This document shows positions 54,783-64,000 of a DNA stretch of 64,000 nucleotides, piece by piece. The translations under genes were made by a program, and so were the position numbers. A model generated the notes under the pieces. It saw only the letters and a program-made list of their open reading frames with translations. It was not told the DNA's origin and made no database searches. Source of the DNA: an uncultured delta proteobacterium (GTDB lineage Bacteria; Myxococcota_A; Polyangia; Palsa-1104); assembly GCA_963785725.1 (NCBI GenBank), contig CAWAWS010000015.1, positions 256,001 through 320,000 of the forward strand, written 5' to 3'. How positions within the stretch are numbered: position 1 is the first letter of the stretch; each line of letters starts with the position of its first letter.

Positions 54783-55721
54783 ATGGCGCTCCGCACTCGG
54801 CTGTCCGAAGACGAAGCCGCCGATCTCTTGGCCGACTACGGTCACGAGCTGGAGGCGCTGACGCCGCTGCCGGCGCACGGCACGGTGAATTCCAACTTTC
54901 GCGTGCGCGCGTCCGGTCGCGACTGGTTCTTGCGGCTGAACGAAGGCAAGACCGACGCCGACGTGCACAACGAGGTCGCGCTCATCGACCGGCTGCGCGC
55001 CGCCGATGTGCCGACGCCGTTTGTCGTGCGCACGCCCGATGGTCGCGCCGTCTTGCGCGCGGCCGAGCGGCCGGTGACGCTGTTTCCGTGGCTGCACGCG
55101 CGCGAGGCGTCGCCGAAGCCGCTCGACCCGACGACGGTGCGCATCGCCGGCCAGGCGCTCGGGCGGCTGCACCGCGCCGGCTGGGGCATGAAGGCCGAGT
55201 CGCTGCCGCGCAACCACTACAGCCTCGACGAGCTGGAGCGGCGCGTCGAGTCGTTCGCCGACGATCTGCGCGTCGCCGACTTCGTCACGCCGCTGCGCCA
55301 CGAGCTGTCGCTGGCGCGGCGACGGCAGCCGTCGGTGAGCGGGCTCATCCATCAAGATCTCTTCCCCGACAACGTGCTCGTCGATGATGTGGGCGCGCTC
55401 GTGGCCGTGCTCGACTTCGAGCAGGCGACGTTCGGGACGCTCGTCTATGACGTCGCGGTCGCGCTCAACGCCTGGTGTTGGACGGGCACGACCATCCATC
55501 GTCCGGCGGCGGATGCGCTCTTGGCCGCCTACGAGTCGTTGCGGCCGCTCGAAGGGCGCGAGCGCAATCGGCTCATCGAAGAGGCGCGGCTGGCAGCGGC
55601 GCGCTTTGCCATCACGCGCATCACCGACGTGTTTCTGCCGGCAAACGTCGATCCCGACCTGCGGAAACGCAAGGATTTCCGCGATTACATACGTCGCCTC
55701 GAATATTGGTGCCACGCGTAA
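54783..55721 (+). CDS. thrB: Homoserine kinase type II
   Basis: GTVNSNF, LIHQDLFPDNV, LDFE, RFAITR; APH/choline-kinase fold. Confidence 0.8.
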   Translation: MALRTRLSEDEAADLLADYGHELEALTPLPAHGTVNSNFRVRASGRDWFLRLNEGKTDADVHNEVALIDRLRAADVPTPFVVRTPDGRAVLRAAERPVTLFPWLHAREASPKPLDPTTVRIAGQALGRLHRAGWGMKAESLPRNHYSLDELERRVESFADDLRVADFVTPLRHELSLARRRQPSVSGLIHQDLFPDNVLVDDVGALVAVLDFEQATFGTLVYDVAVALNAWCWTGTTIHRPAADALLAAYESLRPLEGRERNRLIEEARLAAARFAITRITDVFLPANVDPDLRKRKDFRDYIRRLEYWCHA

Positions 55722-55839
55722 ACGATACGGGCTCGCGCATTTACGCGGATTCGGCAGTTTGTTGCGCGCCGGTGCTCGCGTCTGCGCGGTTGACGCGATA
55801 AGGCATAGATTCTGCCCGTTTCAATGATAGATTCGCCGC

Positions 55840-57159
55840 GTGGCCACCGAAGAAGACCGTCTGGCCGACGAGCTGGCGTCGCTGAGGCTCGATCGCAGCA
55901 CAACGCGTCGCGCCCCGGTGCGCATGCGCGCCGTCGCAGACACTCCCATCAGCAGCAACAACAACGATCGCGCGAGCCGAGTCGATAGTCGGCGGCGCGG
56001 CTTTCCCACCGGGATATTGGTGGTCTTGGCGCTCGTCGCGCTCGGCGTAGGCGGCTTTTTCGTCTATCGCGAAGGCTCGGGGCGCTTCTTGGCCACCGAC
56101 GTCGACGTGGGCGCGGTGACGCTGATGTCGCCCGCGCAGTCGGACGTGACGCTGGTGGCGACGGGCTACGTCTTCGCGCGCAAGAAGGCGACGGTGGCGC
56201 CGAAGACGACCGGCCGGCTCGCCAAGCTCTACGTCGACGAGGGCTCGGTCGTCAAAGAGGGGCAGCTCATCGCCGAGCTGGAGTCGGCCGATGCGCAGGC
56301 GGCGCTGGCGCAGACGCGCGCCGACATCGCCGCCGCGCGCGCCAAGGTGACGCGCGCCGGCTCCGACGTCACCGACACCACGACGCGCTCCAAGCGCGCC
56401 GACGATCTCAGCCAAAAGCAGGCCGGAACGCGCGCCGACGCCGATGACGCGCGCGCGCGGCTCGACGCGGCCAAGACGACGCTGGCCTCGGCGCAAGCGG
56501 ACGTCAAAGCGGTGGAGGCGCGCCAGGATTCGATGAACGTGGCGCTCGAGAACACCAAAGTCCGCGCGCCGTTCGCGGGCACGGTCATTCGCAAGCTGAC
56601 CGAGATCGGCGAGTTCATTCCGCCGCAGTCGCCGGGCGTCGTGCAGCTGGCGTCGCTCGACGACTTGGAAGTGCAAGCGGACGTCGCCGAAGCGCAGTTT
56701 CACAAGGTGAAGATGGGGACGCCGGCCGAGATCATCCTCGACGCCTTCCCCGACAAGCGCTTTCGCGGCCGCGTGACCGACTTGCGGCCGATGGTCGATC
56801 GCTCGAAGGCGTCGGTGACCGTCAAGGTCCGCTTCGTCGACCCGTCGGACGGCGTGCTGCCGGACATGGCGGCCAAGGTCAGCTTCCTGTCGAAGGCGCT
56901 CGACGACGCGGCGCTCAAGGCCGCGCCCAAGCTCATCGTGCCGTCGGACGCCGTCGTCGAGCGCAACGGGCAGCACGTCGTCTTCACCGTCGAGGAAGAG
57001 CACGCCCACGCGCTGCCGGTCACGATCAAAGGGCCCTTCGGCGCGCCCGGATCGGGCGAGCTCGAATTGAGCGACGGCCCGGCGACGGGCACGCGCGTCA
57101 TCCGCCATCCCGACGAGCAGATCCGCGAAGGCGTGAGCGTCAAGGAGAAGAAGAAGTGA
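55840..57159 (+). CDS. Efflux periplasmic adaptor (membrane fusion protein)
   Basis: TM anchor, lipoyl half-motifs (LYVDEGSVVKEGQLIAEL, VRAPFAG), coiled coil. Confidence 0.9.
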   Translation: MATEEDRLADELASLRLDRSTTRRAPVRMRAVADTPISSNNNDRASRVDSRRRGFPTGILVVLALVALGVGGFFVYREGSGRFLATDVDVGAVTLMSPAQSDVTLVATGYVFARKKATVAPKTTGRLAKLYVDEGSVVKEGQLIAELESADAQAALAQTRADIAAARAKVTRAGSDVTDTTTRSKRADDLSQKQAGTRADADDARARLDAAKTTLASAQADVKAVEARQDSMNVALENTKVRAPFAGTVIRKLTEIGEFIPPQSPGVVQLASLDDLEVQADVAEAQFHKVKMGTPAEIILDAFPDKRFRGRVTDLRPMVDRSKASVTVKVRFVDPSDGVLPDMAAKVSFLSKALDDAALKAAPKLIVPSDAVVERNGQHVVFTVEEEHAHALPVTIKGPFGAPGSGELELSDGPATGTRVIRHPDEQIREGVSVKEKKK

Positions 57160-57229
57160 GCGAGCGCGAGCGAGCGAGCGTGCCAGCCGATCGATTGGGC
57201 CGCTCACGGGGCGCCGAAGAGGTGGCCCG

Positions 57230-57949
57230 GTGAGCGAGGCTGAAGCGGTCAAAGAGCCGATCATTCGGCTGCGCGGCGTGCGCAAAGTCTACATGCGCGA
57301 TCAGCAGTCGATTCCGGTCTTGCAAGGCATCGATCTCGACATTCCCGACGGCAGCTTCGAGGCGCTCATGGGTCCGTCGGGCTCGGGTAAGACGACGCTG
57401 CTCAACCTCATCGCCGGCATCGACAACGCCTCGGCGGGCTCGGTGGAGGTGGCCGGCACCGACTTGACGCGGCTGTCGGAGGGCGATCTGTCGTCCTGGC
57501 GCGCGAGCAATATCGGTTTTATTTTCCAGTTTTATAATCTGTTACCGGTATTCACCGCGTTCCAGAACGTCGAGCTGCCGCTGCTGTTGACGAACCTCAA
57601 CAAGGCCGAGCGCAAGAAGCGGGTGGAGACGGCGTTGCGCGTCGTCGGGCTCGAAGATCGCATGGACCACTATCCGCGTCAGCTGTCGGGCGGGCAGGAG
57701 CAGCGCGTGGCCATCGCCCGCGCCATCGTCACCGATCCGACGATCCTCGTCGCTGACGAGCCGACGGGTGATCTCGATCGCAAGAGCGCCGAGGAGATCT
57801 TGAAGCTGCTCGATCTCCTGCATCGTAAGTTCAATAAGACGATCGTCATGGTGACGCACGACCCGGCGGCGGCGCAGGCGGCGGGCGTCATTCGCCGGCT
57901 CGACAAAGGGCAGCTGCTCGCCGACTCGTCGCAAGGCCCGCATCGCTAG
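57230..57949 (+). CDS. ABC transporter ATP-binding protein (MacB/LolD-like)
   Basis: [30 protein letters not shown]. Confidence 0.95.
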   Translation: MSEAEAVKEPIIRLRGVRKVYMRDQQSIPVLQGIDLDIPDGSFEALMGPSGSGKTTLLNLIAGIDNASAGSVEVAGTDLTRLSEGDLSSWRASNIGFIFQFYNLLPVFTAFQNVELPLLLTNLNKAERKKRVETALRVVGLEDRMDHYPRQLSGGQEQRVAIARAIVTDPTILVADEPTGDLDRKSAEEILKLLDLLHRKFNKTIVMVTHDPAAAQAAGVIRRLDKGQLLADSSQGPHR

Positions 57950-57952
57950 CAC

Positions 57953-59116
57953 ATGAGTTATTTCTTACTGATATTCAAAAGCGCGTTTCGTAATCGGTTA
58001 CGGACGCTTTTGACGTCGGTGGGCGTGGCCATCGCCATCGTCGCGTTCCTGTTCCTGCGCACCTTCATCGGCGCTTGGTACAACGGGCTCGAGGGCGCGC
58101 AGTCGGACCGCGTCATCGTGCGCAACAAGATCTCGATCACCTTCCCGATGCCGCTCAGCTACGTCGACAAAGTGCGCAACATCGTCGGCGACAAGGGCGT
58201 CGTCTCCTACGAAAACTGGTTCGGCGCCACCTACGCCAAGGACGAGCACGGCTTCTTCGCCAACCTCGCCTGCGACGACGACATCTTCAAGATGTACCCC
58301 GAGCTCGAGGTCTCGCCCGAAGCGTGGAAGGCGTACGTCGAGGATCGCCAGGGCGCCATGATCGGTCCGCACTTGGCCGAGAAATACGGCTGGAAAGTCG
58401 GCGATCGGGTGACGCTGACGGGCACGATCTTCCCCGGCAATTGGGACTTCAACGTGCGCGCCATCTACGACTCCTCGGCGCGCAGCATCGACAAGTCGAC
58501 GCTCTATTTCCACTGGAAATACATGAACGAGAAGCTCGACGACAGCCGCAAGGACAACGTCGGCCTCATCTTCGTCAAGGTCAACGACCCGGGCCAGTCG
58601 AGCGCGCTGCAAGTGGCCATCGATCGCAACTTCGCCAACTCGCTGGCCGAGACGCGCACCGAGAGCGAGAAGGCGTTTCAGCTCGAGTTCCTGTCGATGG
58701 CGTCGGCGCTCGTGGGCGCGATTCAGATCATCTCCGGCGTCGTGCTCGTCATCCTGATGCTCATCTTGGCCAACACGCTGGCCATGGCGACGCGCGAAAG
58801 AACGACGGAATACGCGGTCATGCGCGCCATCGGCTTTCACCCGCGGCACATCGTCGGCATGGTCCTCGGCGAAGGATTCATCATCGCGCTCGTCGGTGTG
58901 CTCATCGGCGTGACCTTGGCGGCGCCGGTCATCAAGTTCTCGGGGCAGATGCTGGAGAAGCAGATGGGCGGGCTCATGAGCGGCTTCGACCTGCGCTTGG
59001 AGCCGGTGCTGCTCTCGGTCGGCGTGGCGCTGGTGCTCGGCATGATGGCGGCGGCGCTGCCGGCGTGGCGCGCGGGCAAGCTCAAGATCGTCGACGCCTT
59101 GCGACGGGTCGAATAA
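57953..59116 (+). CDS. ABC transporter permease (MacB/FtsX-like)
   Basis: RNRLRTLLT, RERTTEYAVMRAIGF, 4-TM topology. Confidence 0.9.
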   Translation: MSYFLLIFKSAFRNRLRTLLTSVGVAIAIVAFLFLRTFIGAWYNGLEGAQSDRVIVRNKISITFPMPLSYVDKVRNIVGDKGVVSYENWFGATYAKDEHGFFANLACDDDIFKMYPELEVSPEAWKAYVEDRQGAMIGPHLAEKYGWKVGDRVTLTGTIFPGNWDFNVRAIYDSSARSIDKSTLYFHWKYMNEKLDDSRKDNVGLIFVKVNDPGQSSALQVAIDRNFANSLAETRTESEKAFQLEFLSMASALVGAIQIISGVVLVILMLILANTLAMATRERTTEYAVMRAIGFHPRHIVGMVLGEGFIIALVGVLIGVTLAAPVIKFSGQMLEKQMGGLMSGFDLRLEPVLLSVGVALVLGMMAAALPAWRAGKLKIVDALRRVE

Positions 59117-59118
59117 CG

Positions 59119-60432
59119 ATGGCGCTCATCCTCAAGCTGGCGACGATGATCGTGGGCGCGCTCATCGGCGGCACGGTCATCAGCCTCATCCTCGGGCTCA
59201 TCGGCTCGCTGGTGGTGACGACGGTGCTCGGCCTCTCGCTGCTCGGCCGGCGCGATTGGGTGCCGCTCGTGTACAACGTGCGCTCGCTCGGCGTGCGCCG
59301 CTGGACGACCGGCGTGACGGCGTTCGGCCTGGCGCTGGTCGTGTTCGTGTTCACGACGGTGCTGATGCTGGCGTCGGGCGTGCGCGAGACGTTGAAGGCG
59401 ACCGGCCAGCCCAACAACGCCAAGATCATCCGCAAAGGCTCGCAGAACGAGCTGCAGTCGGGCCTCTTGCCCGAGCATTTACGGCTGTTGTCGGCGTCGC
59501 CGGAAGTGGCGCCGGGCCTCGACGGCAAGCCGCTGGTGTCGCCCGAGCTCGTCGTGCTCATCTTCGCGGTCAAGGCGCACGGCGCCGGCGAAGAGGACGG
59601 CACCAACGTCAACGTGCGCGGCGTCGGTCCGGGCGCGCTCGAGCTGCACCCGCCGAAACATTTGGAGGGGCGTATGTTTCGCCCCGGCACGTCGGAGATC
59701 GTCATCGGCAAGGGGCTGCAAGGGCGCTTTCGCGGCATGCAGCTGGGCGAGACGACGCGTTTTGCGCGCCGCGACTGGACCGTCGTCGGCGTCATGGACT
59801 GCGGCGGCTCCGCCTACGACTCCGAAGTTTGGGGCGACGTCGACCAGTTCATGGACGCCTTCGCGCGCCGCCCGTCGGTGTCGTCGCTGACGATGCGGCT
59901 GCGCGATCCGAAGCTCCTGTCGGCGCTGCAGGCGCGGCTCGAGTCCGATCCCAACTTGTCGACGCTGGAAGCGAAGAGCGAGGTCGACTATTGGGCGGCG
60001 CAGTCCGAGCAGTTCTCGCTCTTCGTGCGCTTCTTGGGCGTGTTCGTGGCCGTCATGTTCTCGGTCGGCGCCGCGTTGGGCGCGATGATCACGATGTACG
60101 CGCAGGTCGCGGCGCGCACGCGCGAGATCGGCACCTTGCGCGCGCTCGGCTTTCGGCGGCGCGCCGTCCTGGTGTCGTTCGTGGCCGAGTCGGTGATCCT
60201 CGGGCTCATCGCCGGCGTCATCGGTGTGTCGTGCGCGTCGGGCATGCAGCTGGCGACGTTCACGACCATGAACTTCCAGACGTTCAGCGAGGTCTCGTTC
60301 CGCTTTCACATGTCGGGCGGCATCGTGGCGGCGGCGATCGGCTTCGCGTTCACGATGGGCTTCGCCGGCGGCTTCTTGCCCGCGCGGCGCGCCGCCATGT
60401 TGCCGATCGTCCGCGCCACCCGCGGCGGCTGA
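59119..60432 (+). CDS. Second ABC transporter permease (MacB/FtsX-like)
   Basis: RTREIGTLRALGF, GGFLPARRAA. Confidence 0.9.
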   Translation: MALILKLATMIVGALIGGTVISLILGLIGSLVVTTVLGLSLLGRRDWVPLVYNVRSLGVRRWTTGVTAFGLALVVFVFTTVLMLASGVRETLKATGQPNNAKIIRKGSQNELQSGLLPEHLRLLSASPEVAPGLDGKPLVSPELVVLIFAVKAHGAGEEDGTNVNVRGVGPGALELHPPKHLEGRMFRPGTSEIVIGKGLQGRFRGMQLGETTRFARRDWTVVGVMDCGGSAYDSEVWGDVDQFMDAFARRPSVSSLTMRLRDPKLLSALQARLESDPNLSTLEAKSEVDYWAAQSEQFSLFVRFLGVFVAVMFSVGAALGAMITMYAQVAARTREIGTLRALGFRRRAVLVSFVAESVILGLIAGVIGVSCASGMQLATFTTMNFQTFSEVSFRFHMSGGIVAAAIGFAFTMGFAGGFLPARRAAMLPIVRATRGG

Positions 60433-60434
60433 CG

Positions 60435-60806
60435 TCAGCGATCGCGACGGCAGAGCACGACGGCGGTGTCGTCGTGCAGCGCGCCCGAACGCAGCCGCAC
60501 GCGGATAGGTGACCGCCAGCTGGGTGGCGGACGTCCAGCGTCGGGGCGGCGCCGTGGTTGTCGTCGGCGATGAAGACGTTGCCGCCCTCCTTGGGCTGCT
60601 GCGCGGTGGGGATGACCGACAGCTGCGTCGAGAAGCCGGTGGTGGCGTCGCAGTCGCGCTCGAAGAGCACGGCGGTGCGGACGCCGTCGGGAGACGTCAA
60701 CGCCGTGATGAGCAGGTTGCCGCACGCGCCCGACGATCCGCTGCAGCCTGCCAGTGATCCGGTGATGCACCAGGCGAGACCGATGACAGCCAACGCGATT
60801 CTCAGG
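60435..60806 (-). pseudogene. Small exported protein/lipoprotein, frameshifted or eroded
   Basis: LAGCSGSSGACGN...SPDG.RTAVLFERDCDATTGFSTQLSV...GNVFIADDNHG, then shifts frame to RWTSATQLAVTY. No clear start codon. Confidence 0.45.
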
Positions 60807-60828
60807 TCATCTCCCGGGCCGATTCCGA

Positions 60829-61599
60829 TTATTCGCGGGCGAGGGGGAAGAGCACGCGGGCGCCGGTGCGCGGGTGGACGCCGGTGGCGACGTCGACGTC
60901 GAAGGCGGCGCGGATGCGCGCTTCGGTGAGCACGTCGTCGACGCTGCCGACGATGGCGGGAGCGCCCGGCGACAAGAGCGCGACGCGCGTGCACCAGCTG
61001 GCCGCGAGGTTGAGATCGTGCACGACGACGGCGATGGCGGCGCCGGCGCGTCGACGGGCATCGAGCAGCCGGAACAGATCGAGCTGGTGGCGCAGATCGA
61101 GCGCCGCGGTGGGCTCGTCGAGCACGAGCACCGGCGTGTCCTGCGCCAGCGCCCGCGCCAAGAGCACGCGCTTGCGCTCGCCGCCCGACAGCTCGCCGAG
61201 CGGGCGGTCGGCGAGCGCGAGGACGCCCGTGTCGCGCATGGCGGCTTCGGCGGCGGCGACGTCGGCGGCGCGCTCGAAGCCGAGCACACCCAAGCGCGCG
61301 CGCCGGCCCATGAGCACGACCTCGAGCGCGCGAAACGGGAACTCGAGCGGCTCGTCCTGCAGCACCGCGGCGACGAGGCGGGCGCGCTCGCGCGGCGGCA
61401 GCGACGTCAGGTCGCGCTCGCCGACCAAGACGCGACCGGCTTGCGGCGCGACCAGCCCGAGCATGAGGCGCGCCAGCGTCGACTTGCCGGCGCCGTTGGG
61501 ACCGACGATGCCGACGAGCTCGCCGGCGTCCAGCGTCAGCGTCAGATCGCGTAACAGCGGCGCGCCGTAAGCGTACGAGACGTTGGCGCAGCGGATCAG
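60829..61599 (-). CDS. Cobalamin/iron-chelate ABC transporter ATPase (BtuD-like)
   Basis: GPNGAGKST lies upstream of the first ATG; LSGGERKRVLLARALAQ, LDEPT. Confidence 0.88.
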   Translation of the reverse strand: MIRCANVSYAYGAPLLRDLTLTLDAGELVGIVGPNGAGKSTLARLMLGLVAPQAGRVLVGERDLTSLPPRERARLVAAVLQDEPLEFPFRALEVVLMGRRARLGVLGFERAADVAAAEAAMRDTGVLALADRPLGELSGGERKRVLLARALAQDTPVLVLDEPTAALDLRHQLDLFRLLDARRRAGAAIAVVVHDLNLAASWCTRVALLSPGAPAIVGSVDDVLTEARIRAAFDVDVATGVHPRTGARVLFPLARE

Positions 61600-62423
61600 G
61601 GATGCACCAGCTTGGCCAGCTGCTCGATGCCGTCGACGAGCCGCGGTCCCGGGCGAAACAGCAGATCGCCGTCGAGCGCGTGCAGGCGATGGTTGCGCAC
61701 CGCCGGCAGCGTCGTCTGCGTCTCCAGCGGCGACAGCGACGGCGCCTGCGCGTGCGAGCCGACGACGATGACCTCGGGCGCGCGCGCCAGCAGCCGCTCG
61801 AGGCTGTATTGCGGATAGGGCACGGGCGAGTCGCCGGCCACGTCGTCACCGCCGGCGACGCGGATGGCTTCGTCGACGAAGGTGTGGCCGCCGGCGACGG
61901 TGAGCGGCTCGGTCCAGACGACGACGAGCGTGCGCGGCCGCGGCTTGCCGGCGACCGCTTGGGCGACGGCGGCGAGGCGCGCGCGACCGTCGGCGACCAG
62001 CTTGGCGGCGGCGTCCGCTCGGCCGACGGCGGCGCCGACCGACGTCAGGTCGCGCCAGACGTCGTCGAGCGTCTCGACGTGGCTGACGACCACGCGTAAG
62101 CCGAGCTTCTGCAGCTGCTCGACGAGCTCGCGCGTGTTGGCCGACTCGGCCGCGAACACGACGTCGGGCCGCAGCGCTAGAATGCGCTCGACGCTCGGCG
62201 CCAGCTCGTTGCCGACGCGCGGCAACGTGCGCGCGGCCGGCGGATAGTCGCTGAACTGATCGACGCCGACGATGCGCTCGCCGGCGCCGAGCGCGAACAG
62301 GACCTCGGTCGTCGACGGCGCCAGCGAGACGATGCGGCGCACGGGCGCGTCGGCCGGCGCCGGCCGGCGTTCGTGATGGCAGCCGAGCAGCAAGATCGCG
62401 ACGAAAATCGGGACTGAGCGCAT
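61596..62423 (-). CDS. Cobalamin-binding lipoprotein (BtuF-like)
   Basis: Lipobox LLGC; RIVSLAPSTTEVLFALGAG, SDYP, RPGPRL. Confidence 0.88.
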   Translation of the reverse strand: MRSVPIFVAILLLGCHHERRPAPADAPVRRIVSLAPSTTEVLFALGAGERIVGVDQFSDYPPAARTLPRVGNELAPSVERILALRPDVVFAAESANTRELVEQLQKLGLRVVVSHVETLDDVWRDLTSVGAAVGRADAAAKLVADGRARLAAVAQAVAGKPRPRTLVVVWTEPLTVAGGHTFVDEAIRVAGGDDVAGDSPVPYPQYSLERLLARAPEVIVVGSHAQAPSLSPLETQTTLPAVRNHRLHALDGDLLFRPGPRLVDGIEQLAKLVHP

Positions 62424-63449
62424 CACCAAGCACCCTCGGCGCCACGACGACGCAAGATGACGAGAAAGAGCGGGGCGCCGACGAGCGCGGTCAGCACGCC
62501 GACGGCGGGCTCGGTGCCGACGACGAGGAAGCCGAGCCGCGCCGCCGCGTCGGCGAGCACGAGGAAGGCCGCGCCGCCGAACAGCGCCGCCGGTAACAAG
62601 CAGGCGATGGTCGGCGCCGACGAGCCGGCGCAGCGCGTGCGGCACGACGATGCCGACGAAGCCGATCGGTCCGGCGAACGCGACCGCCGCCGCCGTCGCC
62701 AGCGACGCCGCCAGGAACACGATGCGACGGGCGCGGGCGACGTCGACGCCGACCGAGCGCGCCGCTTCGTCGCCGAGCGCCAGCACGTTCAAGTCGGCCG
62801 CCGTCAGCGCCAGCGCCGCCAAGGCCACCGCCAAGTAGACCGCGAGCACGCCGACGCGCGCGCCGTCGGCGACGCCGAGCGCGCCGACGAGCCAGCCGAG
62901 CGTCTCGGCGACGGCGTGCGGCGACATCCACGTGCGCAGGCCGAGGACGAGCGCGCCGGCGAGCGCGTTGACGACGACGCCGGCGAGCAGCGCCAGCTGC
63001 GGCACGAGCTGCCCGCGCGCCCGGCCGAACGCCAGCACCGCGCCGACGGCGACGAGCGCGCCGCCGAACGCCCACGCCGGTCGCGTCCACGCGCCGAGCG
63101 CGCCGGCGCCGCCGAAGAGCGCCGCCGCCGTGCCCGCGACCGCCGCGCCGCCCGAGACGCCGAGCACGTAAGGATCGGCCAGCGGGTTACGCAAGAGCGC
63201 CTGAAACGCCACGCCCGACGCCGACAGCGCGGCGCCGACGAGCGCGCCCAGCAACACGCGCGGCCCGCGCGCGCCAAAGAGGATGGCGGCATCGAGCGAC
63301 GCGCGGTCACCGAAGGCGCGCCCGAAGTCGACGCGCTCGACGCCGACGGCCAGCGACGCCGCGACCGCCAGCGCCGCCAACAGCGCCGACGTAAGCGTCA
63401 CCAGCACCACCCGTCGCGGCGTGGCGCGCGTCCTCGACCACGCGTGCAT
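62423..63449 (-). CDS. FecCD/BtuC-family permease (frameshift near 62595)
   Basis: FQALLRNPLADPYVLGVSGGA, LGDEAARSVG, GPIGFVGIVVPH. Confidence 0.9.
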
Positions 63450-63473
63450 GCGCCATGGTACATATCACGCGCC

Positions 63474-64000
63474 ATGCGTACCTTCCTCGTCGCCGTGCAG
63501 CTGTTGACGCGGCTGCCCGTGCGGCTCGGGTCGGCGCCGTCGGAGCGCGAGCTCGGGTGGGCGGCGGCGTGGTTCCCGCTCGTCGGTGCCGGCGTGGGCG
63601 CGTGCGCGGCCGGCGCGTTCTGGCTGACGACCTGGGCGCACTTGCCGTCGCTGGCGGCGTGGGCGGCGCTGGGCGCGGCGGTCGTGGCCACGGGCGGCTT
63701 CCACGAGGACGGGCTGGCCGACTGCGCCGACGGCCTCTTCGGCGGTCACGATCCGGCGCGCCGCTTGGCCATCATGCGCGACTCGCGGCTCGGCAGCTAC
63801 GGCGTGCTGGCGCTGGTGTTGACGCTGGGCGCGCAAACGGCGGCGGTCGGCGCGCTGCCGCCGTCGCTGGCGCTGCGCACGATCGTGGCCGCGCACGCGC
63901 TCGGTCGCGCCGCGGCGCTGCCGTTGACCGCGCTGCCGTACGCCCGCGCCGAAGGCGGCCTCGGCAGCTCGCTGGCGCAAAAGGTGCCGCCGGCGGCGTT
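63474..64000 (+). CDS. cobS: Cobalamin synthase (partial, runs off window)
   Basis: LLTRLP, FPLVG, TGGFHEDGLADCADG, IMRDSRLGSYG. Confidence 0.93.
   Translation, partial: MRTFLVAVQLLTRLPVRLGSAPSERELGWAAAWFPLVGAGVGACAAGAFWLTTWAHLPSLAAWAALGAAVVATGGFHEDGLADCADGLFGGHDPARRLAIMRDSRLGSYGVLALVLTLGAQTAAVGALPPSLALRTIVAAHALGRAAALPLTALPYARAEGGLGSSLAQKVPPAA

Noticed and set aside
57510..57550. AT-rich patch with TATAAT inside the ABC ATPase gene
   Set aside because: Encodes the conserved [11 protein letters not shown] motif and has no -35 box; an internal promoter is unsupported.
61596..63449. 617-aa BtuC-BtuF fusion in the ORF track
   Set aside because: Produced by one indel near 62595; BtuF has its own ATG and lipobox at 62423.

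Overview
Very GC-rich bacterial DNA, most consistent with a Myxococcota (Polyangia-like) genome. This is inferred from the Cys-rich lipoproteins, an AgmX-like TonB-C protein, an orphan SctJ next to a FliA sigma factor, and a Ser/Thr kinase remnant. Positions 4-18 kb hold a supercluster of three different adenosylcobalamin-dependent acyl-CoA mutases (MeaA/Ecm, fused IcmF, two-subunit MutAB). The cluster also has two stand-alone MeaB GTPases, a ferritin-like diiron protein and a BtuF-like protein with no signal peptide. The rest of the window carries housekeeping genes (proS, pyrF, rlmB, ppdK, mutS, thrB), two large coupled Cys-rich lipoproteins and a SPOR protein, an apparently catalytically dead alpha/beta hydrolase, two tandem ALDH22/MSC7-like aldehyde dehydrogenases, an sctJ/cytochrome c/fliA block, a MacAB-like ABC exporter and, at the right end, a BtuCDF-like importer divergent from cobS. 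Non-coding signals include a 156-bp inverted-repeat element (plus a second partial copy), a decayed tandem duplication, two mini-ORFs that bridge stop/start overlaps, and a recurring TAnnnT-N5-8-start-codon pattern suggesting leaderless mRNAs. Many indels in the mutase genes, mutS and btuC look like assembly-consensus artefacts. No rRNA, tRNA or CRISPR array was seen. All family calls come from motif recognition by eye, not from database searches.
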